NCBI GenBank assembly: GCA_002269645.1
Contig: NIVC01002874.1
Location: forward strand, 8,432 to 72,431
Length of the DNA: 64,000 bases
DNA from: Macrostomum lignano
Lineage: Eukaryota
Reading direction: 5' to 3'
Shown: positions 23,538-35,077 of the stretch, one piece after another
How positions within the stretch are numbered: the first letter of the stretch is position 1
Layout of the letters: the number at the start of each line of letters is the position of its first letter
Made by a program: the position numbers and the translations under genes
Notes under the pieces: generated by a model
Told to the model about the DNA's origin: nothing
Databases searched by the model: none
Seen by the model: the letters and a program-made list of their open reading frames with translations, nothing else

Positions 23538-24885
23538 CTAAAAGTCGTCCTGGGCTTTCGCATTTTTATAATAGGTCGTTAGTTCCATATTAAGCGCAGA
23601 GCCCTCTTCTCGCATGATGGCGTCAAGATCCCTGTCCAGCCTGGCCTTCTCCTCCGCCGGCTTCTCCTCGATGATGTAATCGGGCACTGCGCTGGCGGCT
23701 CTCGCTGCACCGCCGGCCGGCCGGTTGAAGCCTCTTCCGCCGCGGCCTCGGCGAGATGGGCCGCCTTGCCGAACGCCGCGGCTGACACCGTAACGGCGCT
23801 GGGGTGAGTAGCCGCCGACGTTGCCAGGGTAACCCGCTGGTTGGTTTCTATACTGTCGGTTAAGTCGATTACTGTTGACAAACTCAACTGTGTTTCTGCA
23901 AATCCAATTATTAATTTGAGGCATAAGTAAACTGAATCTAGCTAGTACAAGTACTAGCATCCCATGGCTCTAAGGTCCTCACTCAGATCTATGGCTCTGA
24001 GATCCTCACTCACCGATCCCATCGCTCTCAGATCCTCACTCACCGATCCCATCGCTCTCAGATCCTCACTCACCGATCCCATCGCTCTCAGATCCTCACT
24101 CACCGATCCCATCGCTCTCAGATCCTCACTCACCGATCCCATCGCTCTCAGATCCTCACCCACCGATCCCATCGCTCTCAGATCCTCACTCACCGATCCC
24201 ATCGCTCTCAGATCCTCACTCACCGATCCCATCGCTCTCAGATCCTCACTCACCGATCCCATCGCTCTCAGATCCTCACTCCAAGATCCCGCAGCTCTGA
24301 GATCCCATATTCCCAGACTCGGCCTGAGATCCCATATTCCCAGACTCGGCCTGAGATCCCATATTCCCAGACTCGGCCTGAGATCCCATATTCCCACAGT
24401 CGGCCTGAGATCCCATATTCCCAGACTCGGCCTGAGATCCCATATTCCCAGACTCGGCCTGAGATCCCATATTCCCACAGTCGGCCTGAGATCCCATATT
24501 CCCAGACTCGGCCTGAGATCCCATATTCCCACAGTCGGCCTGAGATCCCATATTCCCAGACTCGGCCTGAGATCCCATATTCCCACAGTCGCTCACCTGC
24601 CAACTCGGAATGCATGGCTTCGCCGGTTCGGGCCTCCCCTGCCAACAGCGCCGGCAGGGCTGCTAGCAGGAAACTGTGCTGCCATCGCCGGAGGCACGAC
24701 CACTACCTCTCGCTCTCGAAACGGCCGTTCAATTCGACCCTGAAGGACCCCCCGCAGTCGGTCATTCATCGCACCTTCGTACCGATTGCCACCGCCACCT
24801 CTATTACGGCCGGATGGAGCGCCTCTGCGCATGTCGTAAGGCCGACGTCTGGGCAGATGACCGCCACCTCTCTGGTACTGCAGGC
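23538..24885 (-). CDS. CHTOP: CHTOP / Friend-of-PRMT1-like RG-rich protein; exons 24597-24885 and 23538-23895; 5' exon uncertain (candidate near 24995-25046)
   Basis: RG/RGG-rich body; C-terminal duplicated motif LDRDLDAIM-(6 aa)-LNMELTTYY with the same spacing as human CHTOP LDNQLDAYM-(6 aa)-LDAELDAYM; phase-2 intron AG|GTGAGC...TGCAG|A. Confidence 0.72.
23960..24290. repeat. 30-bp minisatellite (GATCCTCACTCACCGATCCCATCGCTCTCA) in the CHTOP intron
   Basis: Direct tandem repetition, about 10 copies. Confidence 0.95.
24295..24590. repeat. 27-bp minisatellite (GATCCCATATTCCCAGACTCGGCCTGA) in the CHTOP intron, abutting the donor site
   Basis: Direct tandem repetition, about 11 copies. Confidence 0.95.
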
Positions 24886-25499
24886 CTGTGAATCTGGGCA
24901 AACAGCATGACAATTTTTTAAAATGCTTCTAAGCGCGTGTATTAGGGTATAGTTTTTTTCATATTTAGAAAAGCAACAGACCCAAATAGACTAACCAATG
25001 GAACAGAACGATAAGTTTCGGCGGGAAACGATGCAGCTTTGTATCATACCATACTACTACCAGTAGTTTTTCGTAAGTAGAAATGTTGAACAACGATAAA
25101 AGAAAATGAAATGCTTCGTTAGGAGACATGAAAGAGCCCATTTCTTGCTTCTCAAAGCCTAAAATAATTCCCTTTTTATGTCTCTAAAAGTAGTTATTTG
25201 CAAATTATACATGGCACCACTATTAAAATCACCTGTCATTCAGAGTAATTGGCGTTGCATCACGAATGTGAATTTTCGCTGGAAGTTTCATATCTTCTTT
25301 ATAACCTGGAAAAGAGTGTTGAAAATTTGAACCTGAAGAACTGCTTATAATGAAGCAATATCGAAATAATATAAAAACATTTTCTATGAGTCAAGAAAGC
25401 AGTGACAATGACATAGCTGAGAAGGTAATGAATGGCTTGAATAGGAATTAGAAGTTGACAAATTGCAGATAACCATTTAATTGTATTTTCAGACTTTTA

Positions 25500-26047
25500 G
25501 ACAGGGGAGCTTATTAAGTTCCTGAACTAATCAACAGTTAGAGTTCAAGGATGTTCTACCAGATCGCTCTTAAAATTTCAGCTCAATAGGTCGCAATGGA
25601 TGCCACGCAGTGGCCGAAAGCTCTGCGGTGCCATCCCAGTTGATGGTGTACAAGTTCTTTGTGCATCTTTGCTGCAGCTCAAACACTCAGTACTCGAGGG
25701 CAAACTGAGTTTGGCCATTTCTGAAGGATTTTTTGCTGCTGCTCAAAGCCACGTGGACAAAGATTGGCAAGTGAAAAATTGCTAGTTAGTTAGCACAGCA
25801 GCTTGTCAGGATGTCGGATTCTACCATTGTCAAGATTCTGCACCAGCACCTCGGCATGAGGAAGCTGTCCACTTGTTGGGTTCCCCATCAGTTCAGTGCT
25901 AACCAGATACGAGCCAGGTTTGACGGAGGCTACTCAAAGTTAGTGGACAAAATCCTCATTGGCAATGAAAACCTGGGTCGACTTCTATGGCCCAGAGACC
26001 AAGGAGTCGATCTCAGATCTCAGGACGGGGGGTGCTTTAGCGCATGA
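25500..26047 (+). mobile_element. Degenerate Tc1/mariner transposase fragment
   Basis: TIVKILHQHLGMRKLSTCWVPHQF matches the mariner HTH-linker WVPHEL region. A frameshifted IGNE/TWVDFYGPETKE matches (T)GDETWxxxYDPETK containing the first catalytic Asp position. Truncated and frameshifted. Confidence 0.75.
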
Positions 26048-27612
26048 TTCAAGCACCTGCAAGAGTGCTTTGATTTGAATTGGAAATTATGTTGAGAAGT
26101 GATATGCACTGCATTTTCTGATTGTAGATTTTGGCACAGATGCAACCAAAAGATATGAAAATTTCTAGGAACTTAAAAGTATAGTAGCACATACAGTCTT
26201 GGGCATAACAGGGAATATGCTTCATATTATATGTGTATAAAAACAAATTACCTTTTGAGGACCTGGCATTATGTATACTATTATAAGTACTACTCATGAT
26301 TATATAGCATATTTTGTATCCCGTCGAACTTTTCACCCGGAATTTCGCCCGGAATTTTTTGCGTTCACCCGGAATTTTTTCCTATTCCAGTAATGCAATC
26401 TGATCCGGGTGGAAATTCCGGATCTGTAACGAAAGTTTACAGAATCCGGGCGAAATTTCCGGATCAAAAAGAAAAATTCCGGAAAATAGACCCGGATCGC
26501 TAAAAAAAATCCGGTGACTGTTCCGGGTGCGATCCGGGCGAGTGGAACGGATCAGCACACAAATCCGGGCTAAATTCCGGGCGACGAAAACCGGATCAAC
26601 ACACAATTCCGGGCGAGTGAACCGGAACAGCACACAAATCCGGGCTAATTCCGGGCGAGTGAACCGGATCAGCACACAAATCCGGGCTAATTCTGGGCGA
26701 GTGAACCGGATCAGCACACAATTCCGGGCGAGTGAACCGGATCAGCACACAATTCCGGGCGAGTGAACCGGATCAGCACACAATTCCGGGCGAGTGAACC
26801 GGATCAGCACACAAATCCGGGCTAATTCCGGGCGAGTGAACCGGATCAGCACACAAATCCGGGCTAATTCCGGGCGAGTGAACCGGATCAGCACACAAAT
26901 CCGGGCTAATTCCGGGCGAGTGAACCGGATCAGCACACAAATCCGGGCGAATTCCGGGAGAGTGAACCGGATTAGCACACGAATCCAGGTGAATTCTGGA
27001 TGATTGAACCGGATTTGCAGCCAAACCTTAGGCTTATCACAGTAGCAGAAAATTAAATAAAGAACGGGTCATTGTTCCATACATTTTCCACGACTACGAA
27101 TTGAATCGAATTCGATTTAGCCGTCCACGAACAGAAATACTGAATTCAGTTGTGCACAACTGCAAATCGTATATTTCTATGCACTTCTACGTACTTTCAG
27201 AAACAAAAAATGCTGACCTTCTGAATGTCACTCGGATGGGCAGCTGGACTTCGATGCTACCATCAACTTTTTTTGAAGCCGTATACGGTTTTATATACCT
27301 TATCGCGACATTGGCTGCTCTTCAGGGATCCCCATCGCCTACCTCTGATTGCATCTGTCAGGTGGGTCACTCGCTATACAGCTAATTAGCTAGTTAACTC
27401 AAGTCAGCTGACTTGTCTATTCACTTGCTTAAGAATTGTAAAGATCTCCGCAAAAATTAAGGAACGACTTTTGTCTCATTTTCCAGGACCTATCAGGGCT
27501 CATAAATGTAGACAGCCAATGTCTCGAAGAGCGTTTCTAATGAAATCGAATCCAGCAAATTTGGCCTTAACAAAAAGCTAGAAATTAATTGCAAATAAAT
27601 GCGGTGGTGGTG

Positions 27613-28240
27613 TTATGCACTCGATCTTGGACATCGCCCGCATTTCACTCCTCGAGTAGCTCGTGGTCTGGAAATATATGTTTCCAGAAGTCGGCCCTCA
27701 TTTTCGGCAGCACTGGCGATTCGTCGCGCCTTCACCTGGTCCGCCTTCTTTTGCCGCTCTGCGGCTGGCCGAGATTGAAAGAGCACTGCCTGGCTTCTCG
27801 CCACGGTCGTGTCGGATTCCGACGAGCTCGTAGCGGAGATAGCTTCCAATCGAAGAACTTCAGCTTTCATCTGACGATTTTCGGCTTGAGCCTCCGACAG
27901 CTTTTCACGAACTCCGCTCAATTGATGGCCTATTAAGTACATAAAAATGAGGAGAGTGGCGAAGCAGATTCAAACTTAAGAATCAACAACACTTATATAT
28001 ATACGAGGCTGCTAACGTCTTCTAGTATATGCATAAAAAACATACACAGTTCGTCCTCGGCTTCGCCTTGGGCCCGAATCTGATCCATCATTGTGGTGCA
28101 TGACGGGCATCGTGACGGCTGCGGTTGCTGCGATGGCACACGCGCCAAAGCAGTCGCTTCAATCGCTTGGGCCTTTCTATCCAAAGGCCCCTTCCAGAGA
28201 GTGGCGGAATACCGGGATCCGGTACTCTTGTTAGCAGCCG
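27613..28240 (-). CDS. Partial spliced gene of unknown function (coiled coil) inside the CMC element; two exons, ~28052-28240 and 27613-27930, possibly a third near 27495-27575
   Basis: Phase-1 junction GAACTGT|GTATGT ... TTAATAG|GCCAT joins EDEL-C-HQLSGVREKLSEAQAENRQMKAEVLRLEA, a heptad-like coiled coil; GC-rich coding-like composition; no recognisable DDE motif. Confidence 0.5.
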
Positions 28241-28246
28241 TGACAA

Positions 28247-29270
28247 CGTGATCTGCTCACGGCTGGTGCAACTGCAAACGCCTTAGACAAACCAATGGAG
28301 CATGTACCGACAAAAATCGGATTAGCGTCTATCTTAATAGGAAAGCTGCTTTGCATACTGGGCCAGTTAGAGCTATTTGGAACCATGCCACAGTCTCCGT
28401 CTAGACACCCAGCTGTGCCAAACAATATGGTTGGCTGATTTTATGCTTCTAAGCGTCAAATATGACGATAGAATCATTCAGCCCGTTGACACACTAAGCA
28501 GCTGTGATAGACTACATGCCAGTGGAAGTCAAACCTCTCGCACACAAACAGGGCGCAACAATTTTTCAATTGTCACCTGTACGGAGGATGGGCTCAGCCT
28601 CACATTACGGACGCTACAGAGCCGCCGAAAAGCAGATAAGTTGTCTCATCAAAGCGAGGCTTTATTACCCCTCGCAGGTCAGCTTATCAGCTGCCTTGAG
28701 CCACAACAGAAGCGAGGATTAATTATCCATCGCAGGTCAGCTTATCAGCTGCCTTGAGCCACAACAGAAGCGAGGATTAATTATCCATCGCAGGTCAGCT
28801 TATCAGCTGCCTTGAGCCACACGATATGGTTACCGACCATAGTAGTCCGTATAGACTACTCTAGACGTGATCTGCTCACGGCTGGTGCAACTGCAAACGC
28901 CTTAGACAAACCACTGGAAGCATGTACCGACAAAAATCGGATTAGCGTCTATCTTAATAGGAAAGCTGCTTTGCATACTGGGCCAGTTAGAGCTATTTGG
29001 AACCATGCCACAGTCTCCGTCTAGACACCCAGCTGTGCCAAACAATATGGTTGGCTGATTTTATGCTTCTAAGCGTCAAATATGACGATAGAATCATTCA
29101 GCCCGTTGACACACTAAGCAGCTGTGATAGACTACATGCCAGTGGAAGTCAAACCTCTCGCACACAAACAGGGCGCAACAATTTTTCAATTGTCACCTGT
29201 ACGGAGGATGGGCTCAGCCTCACATTACGGACGCTACAGTGCCGCCGAAAAGCAGATCAATTCACATTGC
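28247..29270. repeat. ~400-bp direct duplication with 620-bp period, plus 2-3 copies of a 58-bp repeat (28650-28815) between the copies
   Basis: Identical ORF starts at 28377/28997 and 28504/29124 (offset 620). Confidence 0.9.
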
Positions 29271-32200
29271 AATTTCGAGGCTTTATTACCCCTCGCTTTC
29301 CAAGAGGAATTAGCGCCGTTGACCAAATGGATGCCAGGGATTGCCTGATGGGATAGCCATTTGCTGGGGTCTGTATTCAGCGGTTTTCCATCGGAGGCTT
29401 CCTCTCAAAATCCCCATGGAACTTATATAATGGATGCCGGATTGATTCCGACTCAAGTCCCAAAATTTTCCCGGATCAGCTTCGCCCGGAACTTGGCTGA
29501 AATTCGGGTCAAGGGAGCTGATCCGGGTGAATTTTCCGGATCAGTTGGTCCGGATCACTAGGGAATTCCGACTCAAGTCCCGAAATGTTCCCGGATCAGC
29601 TTCGCCCGGAACTTGGCTGAAATTCGGGTCAAGGGAGCTGATCCGGGTGAATTTTCCGGATTATTTGGTCCGGATTGCTAGGGAATTCCGACTCAAGTCC
29701 CGAAATTTTCCCGGATCAGCTTCGCCCGGAACTTGGCTGAAATTCGGGTCAAGGGAGCTGATCCGGGTGAATTTTCCGGATTATTTGGTCCGGATCGCTA
29801 GGAATTCCGACTCAAGTCCCGAAATTTTCCCGGATCAGCTTCGCCCGGAACTTGGCTGAAATTCGGGTCAAGGGAGCTGATCCGGGTGAATTTTCCGGAT
29901 CAGTTGGTCCGGATCACTAGGGAATTCCGACTCAAGTCCCGAAATGTTCCCGGATCAGCTTTGCCCGGAACTTGGCTGAAATTCGGGTCAAGGGAGCTGA
30001 TCCGGGTGAATTTTCCGGATCAGTTGGTCCGGATCAATGGAGAATTCCGACTCAAGTCCCGAAATGTTCCCGGATCAGCTTTGCCCGGAACTTGGCTGAA
30101 ATTCGGGTCAAGGGAGCTGATCCGGGTGAATTTTCCGGATCAGTTGGTCCGGATCAATGGAGAATTCCGACTCAATTCCCGAAATCTCACCCGGAACATT
30201 TTCACCCGGAACACTACTGAAATTCGGGTCTACACCCAGAATTCCATAGTGTTCCGGGTGAAAAATTCCGGAAAATCAGACCGGAACAGCTTTCCTTTTC
30301 CCGAAAATTTTCCGGATCATATTTCCGGATTTTTTTCCGGAACAAGGGGCTGTTCCGGGCCAAAAAAGCTGATCCGGGCCTTCACCCGGAAATCAATTAA
30401 AAATCGGGCCCGGATCACAAAATTCCGGAAAAAATTCCGGGTGAAACGTTCGACGGGATATTTGAAACTAGAGTTCTCAAGAGTACTCAACTTAATATCC
30501 AAAAGTAGAATAATCACACTTATTTTTTAATACTTGAAATCAATAAAATTTTATCATATTTATCTATATTTAAATAGTTGATTAAAGTCAAATAGTTTAT
30601 AAGATTAAGTAACTTATTTGATAATAACTAGTAAATGTATAAATATGCATTACTATAATCCAAGAAACAAGAATTAAAATGTACTGTTAATATAAATTTA
30701 ACAAAATGCATTATTTAATCATCAATATCCATTACAATGAGTCCCTAATATACTAAGCACCAGATGTCCCAATATACATCAGATAAGCTCCACATTTATC
30801 ATTATGACTAGTCTAAGACATTGCAATAAGATGAGAGCAAAGCAAACATTCTTTTTCATCTTTAGCAGCTTTGAATGCAGTGGTGACCCAATATATACTA
30901 TATTAGAGTAATAGTATGGTCACTTTTGGGATTCCTATAAATTTAGCAATAATGGTAAGCATGTACCTATTAAAAAGGCATATAATGATTGCAATATAGC
31001 ACTTTTGTATGATTGAAATTCTAAAAACTGAATGCTTCATTGTGTTTATTAAAGACCATCCCCTTATATACAAGTTTGTGTCACTAGCTTATATTTGAAA
31101 GTAGCATTATTCATTTAAATTTTGTTTCATTTCTTTTAAGACATCCAATTTACAATTATAATATATACCAAGGTCCTTACTTGGATCTTTCTATTGACTT
31201 TCACAATAGTTGCCATTATAGTAATAAATATTTTATTAATTTAATATTCATTATCTATATAGTAATACTAACCTATAAAGATATGTTTTGCAATACAATG
31301 TGTCCAACAAAAAATAAACTTCAAAATTTACCTAGTATTTGACAATGTATGACAGAAATAATTATATAGAAATATAATATAATATAATATACAATATAGC
31401 TAATGCAATAATCCTTGGTTTATCAAGTGCAATAATCCTTGGCTTATTAAGTACAATAACCCTTAATTTATCAAGTAGAATAATCTGTCTTTCTAATTAG
31501 TCCATCAATAATAGCTTTCAATAAAAAATACATTACTAAGATTTGAACCTAGGTTGCTACATTAGCAGTTTAGTCTATTCATATCTAGGCTAGCTCTCAT
31601 TGATTAATTGATTTTATAAATGAATTTATAGGATTTATAATTCAATACTCATATCAAGTCAGTTATGACATAATCAATTTCTCAGGCAAGTCAGTACCAA
31701 TTGCTATTAAAGTTAGCAATATTGGTTATATAATATAACTTAAGAAGTCTTATACTATGCTTCTATACTATGTTTTCAACACTGTGATAATTCAATCCAA
31801 ATGTCAAAATTCAGCTAAGTACATATTAGCCATAGTTAAGACCATGGCATGCCTTCACTGCAACAAATCCTATCAAAAAATTTGCTTACGCAATATGCTA
31901 GAACTATTCCTAACAAAAAAGTCTATTTGTGGCAACTTTTTGAAAAAAAAACTGCAAAAATCAATAATTTTCTATTTGAAAAACACTAGTAAAACTTATA
32001 TTTGAGTCTGTTTCATAGAAACTGCAATGTTAAAGTATGTTAATTAAAAAAGCCATCAATACACTAGCAAAAAAGTGCTAATAAAAGGAAATAAAATGCT
32101 AATATTCTATTAAAGAAAATATTGTCTTTTTAGAAGTTTTTGTCTTGCACCAAATTGTGCAAATTTTGTCTTGTACCATATTGTGCTAGATGTTTTAGTC

Positions 32201-32427
32201 TATTATTGCACTAGAATGCATTGGTATATGGGGTGTAGTACACATCCAATCCCCTTTTGTGCCAAAATTTTCTGTAAAGAAGGCAATCTTCCTGATTATA
32301 ATATAGGTACATAGACAATAAATAAAAAACCTACTATATTGCAATCTATTTTAGAATCAGAATTCAACTAGTCAGTTTTTTCTTTAGCATTTTTACTATG
32401 CATTTTAAGTCAAAAGAGCTGCTCGAC

Positions 32428-32985
32428 CCAGGATAGAATTCTTGCACAAAAGTTGTTATATGTTTGTATGAGCTTGTCAAATTCATACGCACTTGCACGC
32501 TGAAAAGGAGCCTACTTGCATGCTCTTAAAGAAGGTGTGTATGTGCTCCATTGTATACGCTTGCGAGGAAGCTGTTTGCAGCAGAATCACAGACAAGATT
32601 TGACTTTTACATGCATTCAACATGGTTATGTGCCATGTAGTATGTGTGCGCTCAAGTTCTCTTACTTTTCATAGTCCAGAAGGTTGTTTTTATGCCAGAA
32701 AATTTAAACAAAAGTAAAACAAAGAATAATAGTTTTTAGCAAAAACAGTTACTTTAAAGTTTAGTGAAAGTTTAGTGTTTAGTGTTCAAGCTACTTTACA
32801 TTTAAAGTACAACTTTTTCATTTACATTGGCATAAGAATTGAAAAACTAGAAATTTCATTTTTTAGCACATGGGCCTGCCATGATCTGCATTATGACTTT
32901 TTTTACAGCTAGCGTGTGTGCTTGCGCGCTGCTCCAAAAATGTGCGCACGCGTTTTCTTACCCCCGAGCAAGAATTCTATCCTAG
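32428..32985. mobile_element. 558-bp hAT-type MITE inserted in a dispersed repeat
   Basis: TIR CYAGGATAGAATTCTTGC; 8-bp TSD TGCTCGAC / TGCTCAAC (7/8 identical). The uninterrupted paralogous sequence (reverse complement of ~33560-33770) has a single TGCTTGAC at this point. Confidence 0.85.
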
Positions 32986-33479
32986 TGCTCAACCTTTGAA
33001 AAAAGCATGTTTTTTAAATATTTAATCCATTTAGCATTCAGCAATTTCTTAATCTTAGCCATGATGCATAGTACTGTCATAGCAAAATTTCTGATCATAC
33101 AGTACAAGTGTACAAGTACAGTGTAAGTAATATAACAAATTTAAGAATAATTGAGGTCTATTATGATGTCTATACAAATTAACATCTAGTCTTACTACTT
33201 TTACATAGAATATACTATAGATTAGGAAAGCAAATGATCCTAGGCTATACTATAAATTAGCTTTAGGTATGATAGGATTATCCTATATTAGTCAACTGTT
33301 TTCATGCATACCAAGCATGCCAAAATTTTAATGACCCTTTTTATTATGCATGTCAAATATACACTAGGCCTACTTAGCTGCAGGGTGGTCCGAAGATGCA
33401 GTGGGGAGACAAGTGTTGCCCCATCAGCTATATACTAGGCCTAATGTTTAGGCATTTTTAAACAAGCCAAATGAATTCC

Positions 33480-34040
33480 TATATACTAAAAATGAGTTGT
33501 TTGTTTGTACGCAATCGATTAGAGAAAAAATGGCTGGACCGATTTTCTTCGAACTTGCACTGTTCGATCAGAAATTTTCCTGGGACGGTACATGCATCTT
33601 GGCTAAGAAATTGCTCCATGTTAAAGCGATTAAATATTCGAAAAACATGCTTTTTTGCAAAGGTCAAGCAAACTTTTCGACTTGAAATGCATTGTAAGAA
33701 TGCTAGAGAAAAAACTGACTGGTTGAATTCTGATTCTGAAATAGATTACATCATAACTGAATTGTAACTCCGACTTGAATTGTGTCACAGTATTGAAAAT
33801 GCAGTGTGGAAGCGTAGCACTGCAGACTTGATTTAGATTGCGCAACAATATTGTTAACTGATACTGACTGACTGAGAAATTGATTATGTAATAACTGCCT
33901 CGTGTGATTTACTCTATGCTTGGAGTTTTGAAACTTATAATTATAAGTGCTGAATTCATGTTATCAAAACGATGAGAGCTAGCCTAGAGGTAAACAGACT
34001 GAACTGCTAAATGCAGAAACGATGGTTCGAATTTTTAGAG
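33480..34040. repeat. Dispersed repeat with inverted partial copies at ~31530-31730 and ~32342-33090 and a 3'-end copy at ~35848-35960; microsatellite-bearing end resembles non-autonomous Helitron/Helentron-type elements
   Basis: Shared AACAGTGCAAGTTCGAA-AAAATCGGTCCAGCCATTTTTTCTCTAATCGAT, then a microsatellite, then CATTTTTAGTATATA at 33480-33565 (-) and 35850-35955 (+). The family assignment is inference. Confidence 0.6.
33976..34035 (+). pseudogene. tRNA-like (SINE-head or tRNA pseudogene) fragment; second copy at ~31538-31598 (-)
   Basis: A-box-like TAGCCTAGAGG, anticodon-loop-like CTGCTAA (Ser-GCT type), B-box GGTTCGAAT; acceptor stem not closable. Confidence 0.4.
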
Positions 34041-34089
34041 AGTAGAGTTTTTTTAATTAAAGCTTTTTAACGCCAAGAAAACTAAAAAA

Positions 34090-35077
34090 ATCATAAAAGC
34101 GTCATGTAAAAAATCATAGAAGCGTCATGTAAAAAAATCGTAGAAGTGTCATGTAAAAAATCGTGGAAGCATCATGTAAAAAGCATAGAAGTGTCATGTA
34201 AAAAATCATAGAAGCGTCATGTAAACAATCATAGAAGCGTCATGTAAACAATCATAGAAGCGTCATGTAAACAATCATAGAAGCTTCATGTAAAAAATCG
34301 TAGAAGCGTCATGAAAAAATCATTAAAGCGTCATGTAAAAATCATAGAAGAGTCATGTAAAAAATCATAGAAGCATCGTGTAAACAATCATAGAAGCGTC
34401 ATGTAAAAAATCGTAAGAGCGTAATATAAAAATCATAGTAAGCGTCATTTAAAAAATCATAGAGGCGTCATATAAAAATCAAAAAAACGTCATTTAAAAA
34501 ATCATAGAAGCGTCATGTAAACAATCATAGAAGCGTCATGTAAACAATCATAGAAGCGTCATGTAAACAATCATAGAAGTGTCATGTAAAAAGCATAGAA
34601 GCGTCATATAAACAATCATAGAAGCGTCATATAAAAAATCATAGAAGCGTCATGTAAAAATCATAGAAGCGTCATGTAAACAATCATGGAAGCGTCATGT
34701 AAACAATCATAGAAGAGTCATGTAAAAAATCATAGAAACGTCATGTAAAAAGCATAGAAGCGTCATATAAACAATCATAGAAGCGTCATATAAAAAATCA
34801 TAGAAGCGTCATGTAAAAATCATAGAAGCGTCATGTAAAAATCATAGAGGTGTCATGTAAAAATCATTGAAGCGTCCTGCAGAAATCGTAGAAGCGTCAT
34901 GAAATAATCATAGAAGCGTCATGTAAAAAATCATAGAAGCGTCATGTAAAAAATCATAGAAGCGTCATGTAAAAAATCATAGAAGCATCGTGTAAACAAT
35001 CATAGAAGCGTCATGTAAAAAATCATAGAAGCGTCATGTAAAAAATCATAGAAGCGTCATATAAACAATCATAGAAG
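34090..35077. repeat. 23-bp satellite (CATAGAAGCGTCATGTAAAAAAT), left block
   Basis: Direct tandem repetition. Confidence 0.97.

Larger units (their letters stand above)
26320..30457. mobile_element. 4138-bp non-autonomous DNA transposon, CMC (CACTA/Mirage/Chapaev)-type, with subterminal repeat arrays and internal spliced exons
   Basis: 26-bp TIR CCCGTCGAAC(T/G)TTTCACCCGGAATTT with one mismatch; CCC...GGG termini; 2-bp AT duplicated on both flanks; CCGG-rich subterminal arrays (42-bp units at ~26520-27010, 120-bp units at ~29440-30180). Confidence 0.82.

Noticed and set aside
23954-24743. 210- and 259-aa repetitive ORFs resembling adhesive or structural proteins
   Set aside because: They are the 30-bp and 27-bp minisatellites inside a well-phased CHTOP intron.
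29361-30530. ORFs with 40-aa repeats
   Set aside because: 120-bp subterminal repeats of the CMC element.
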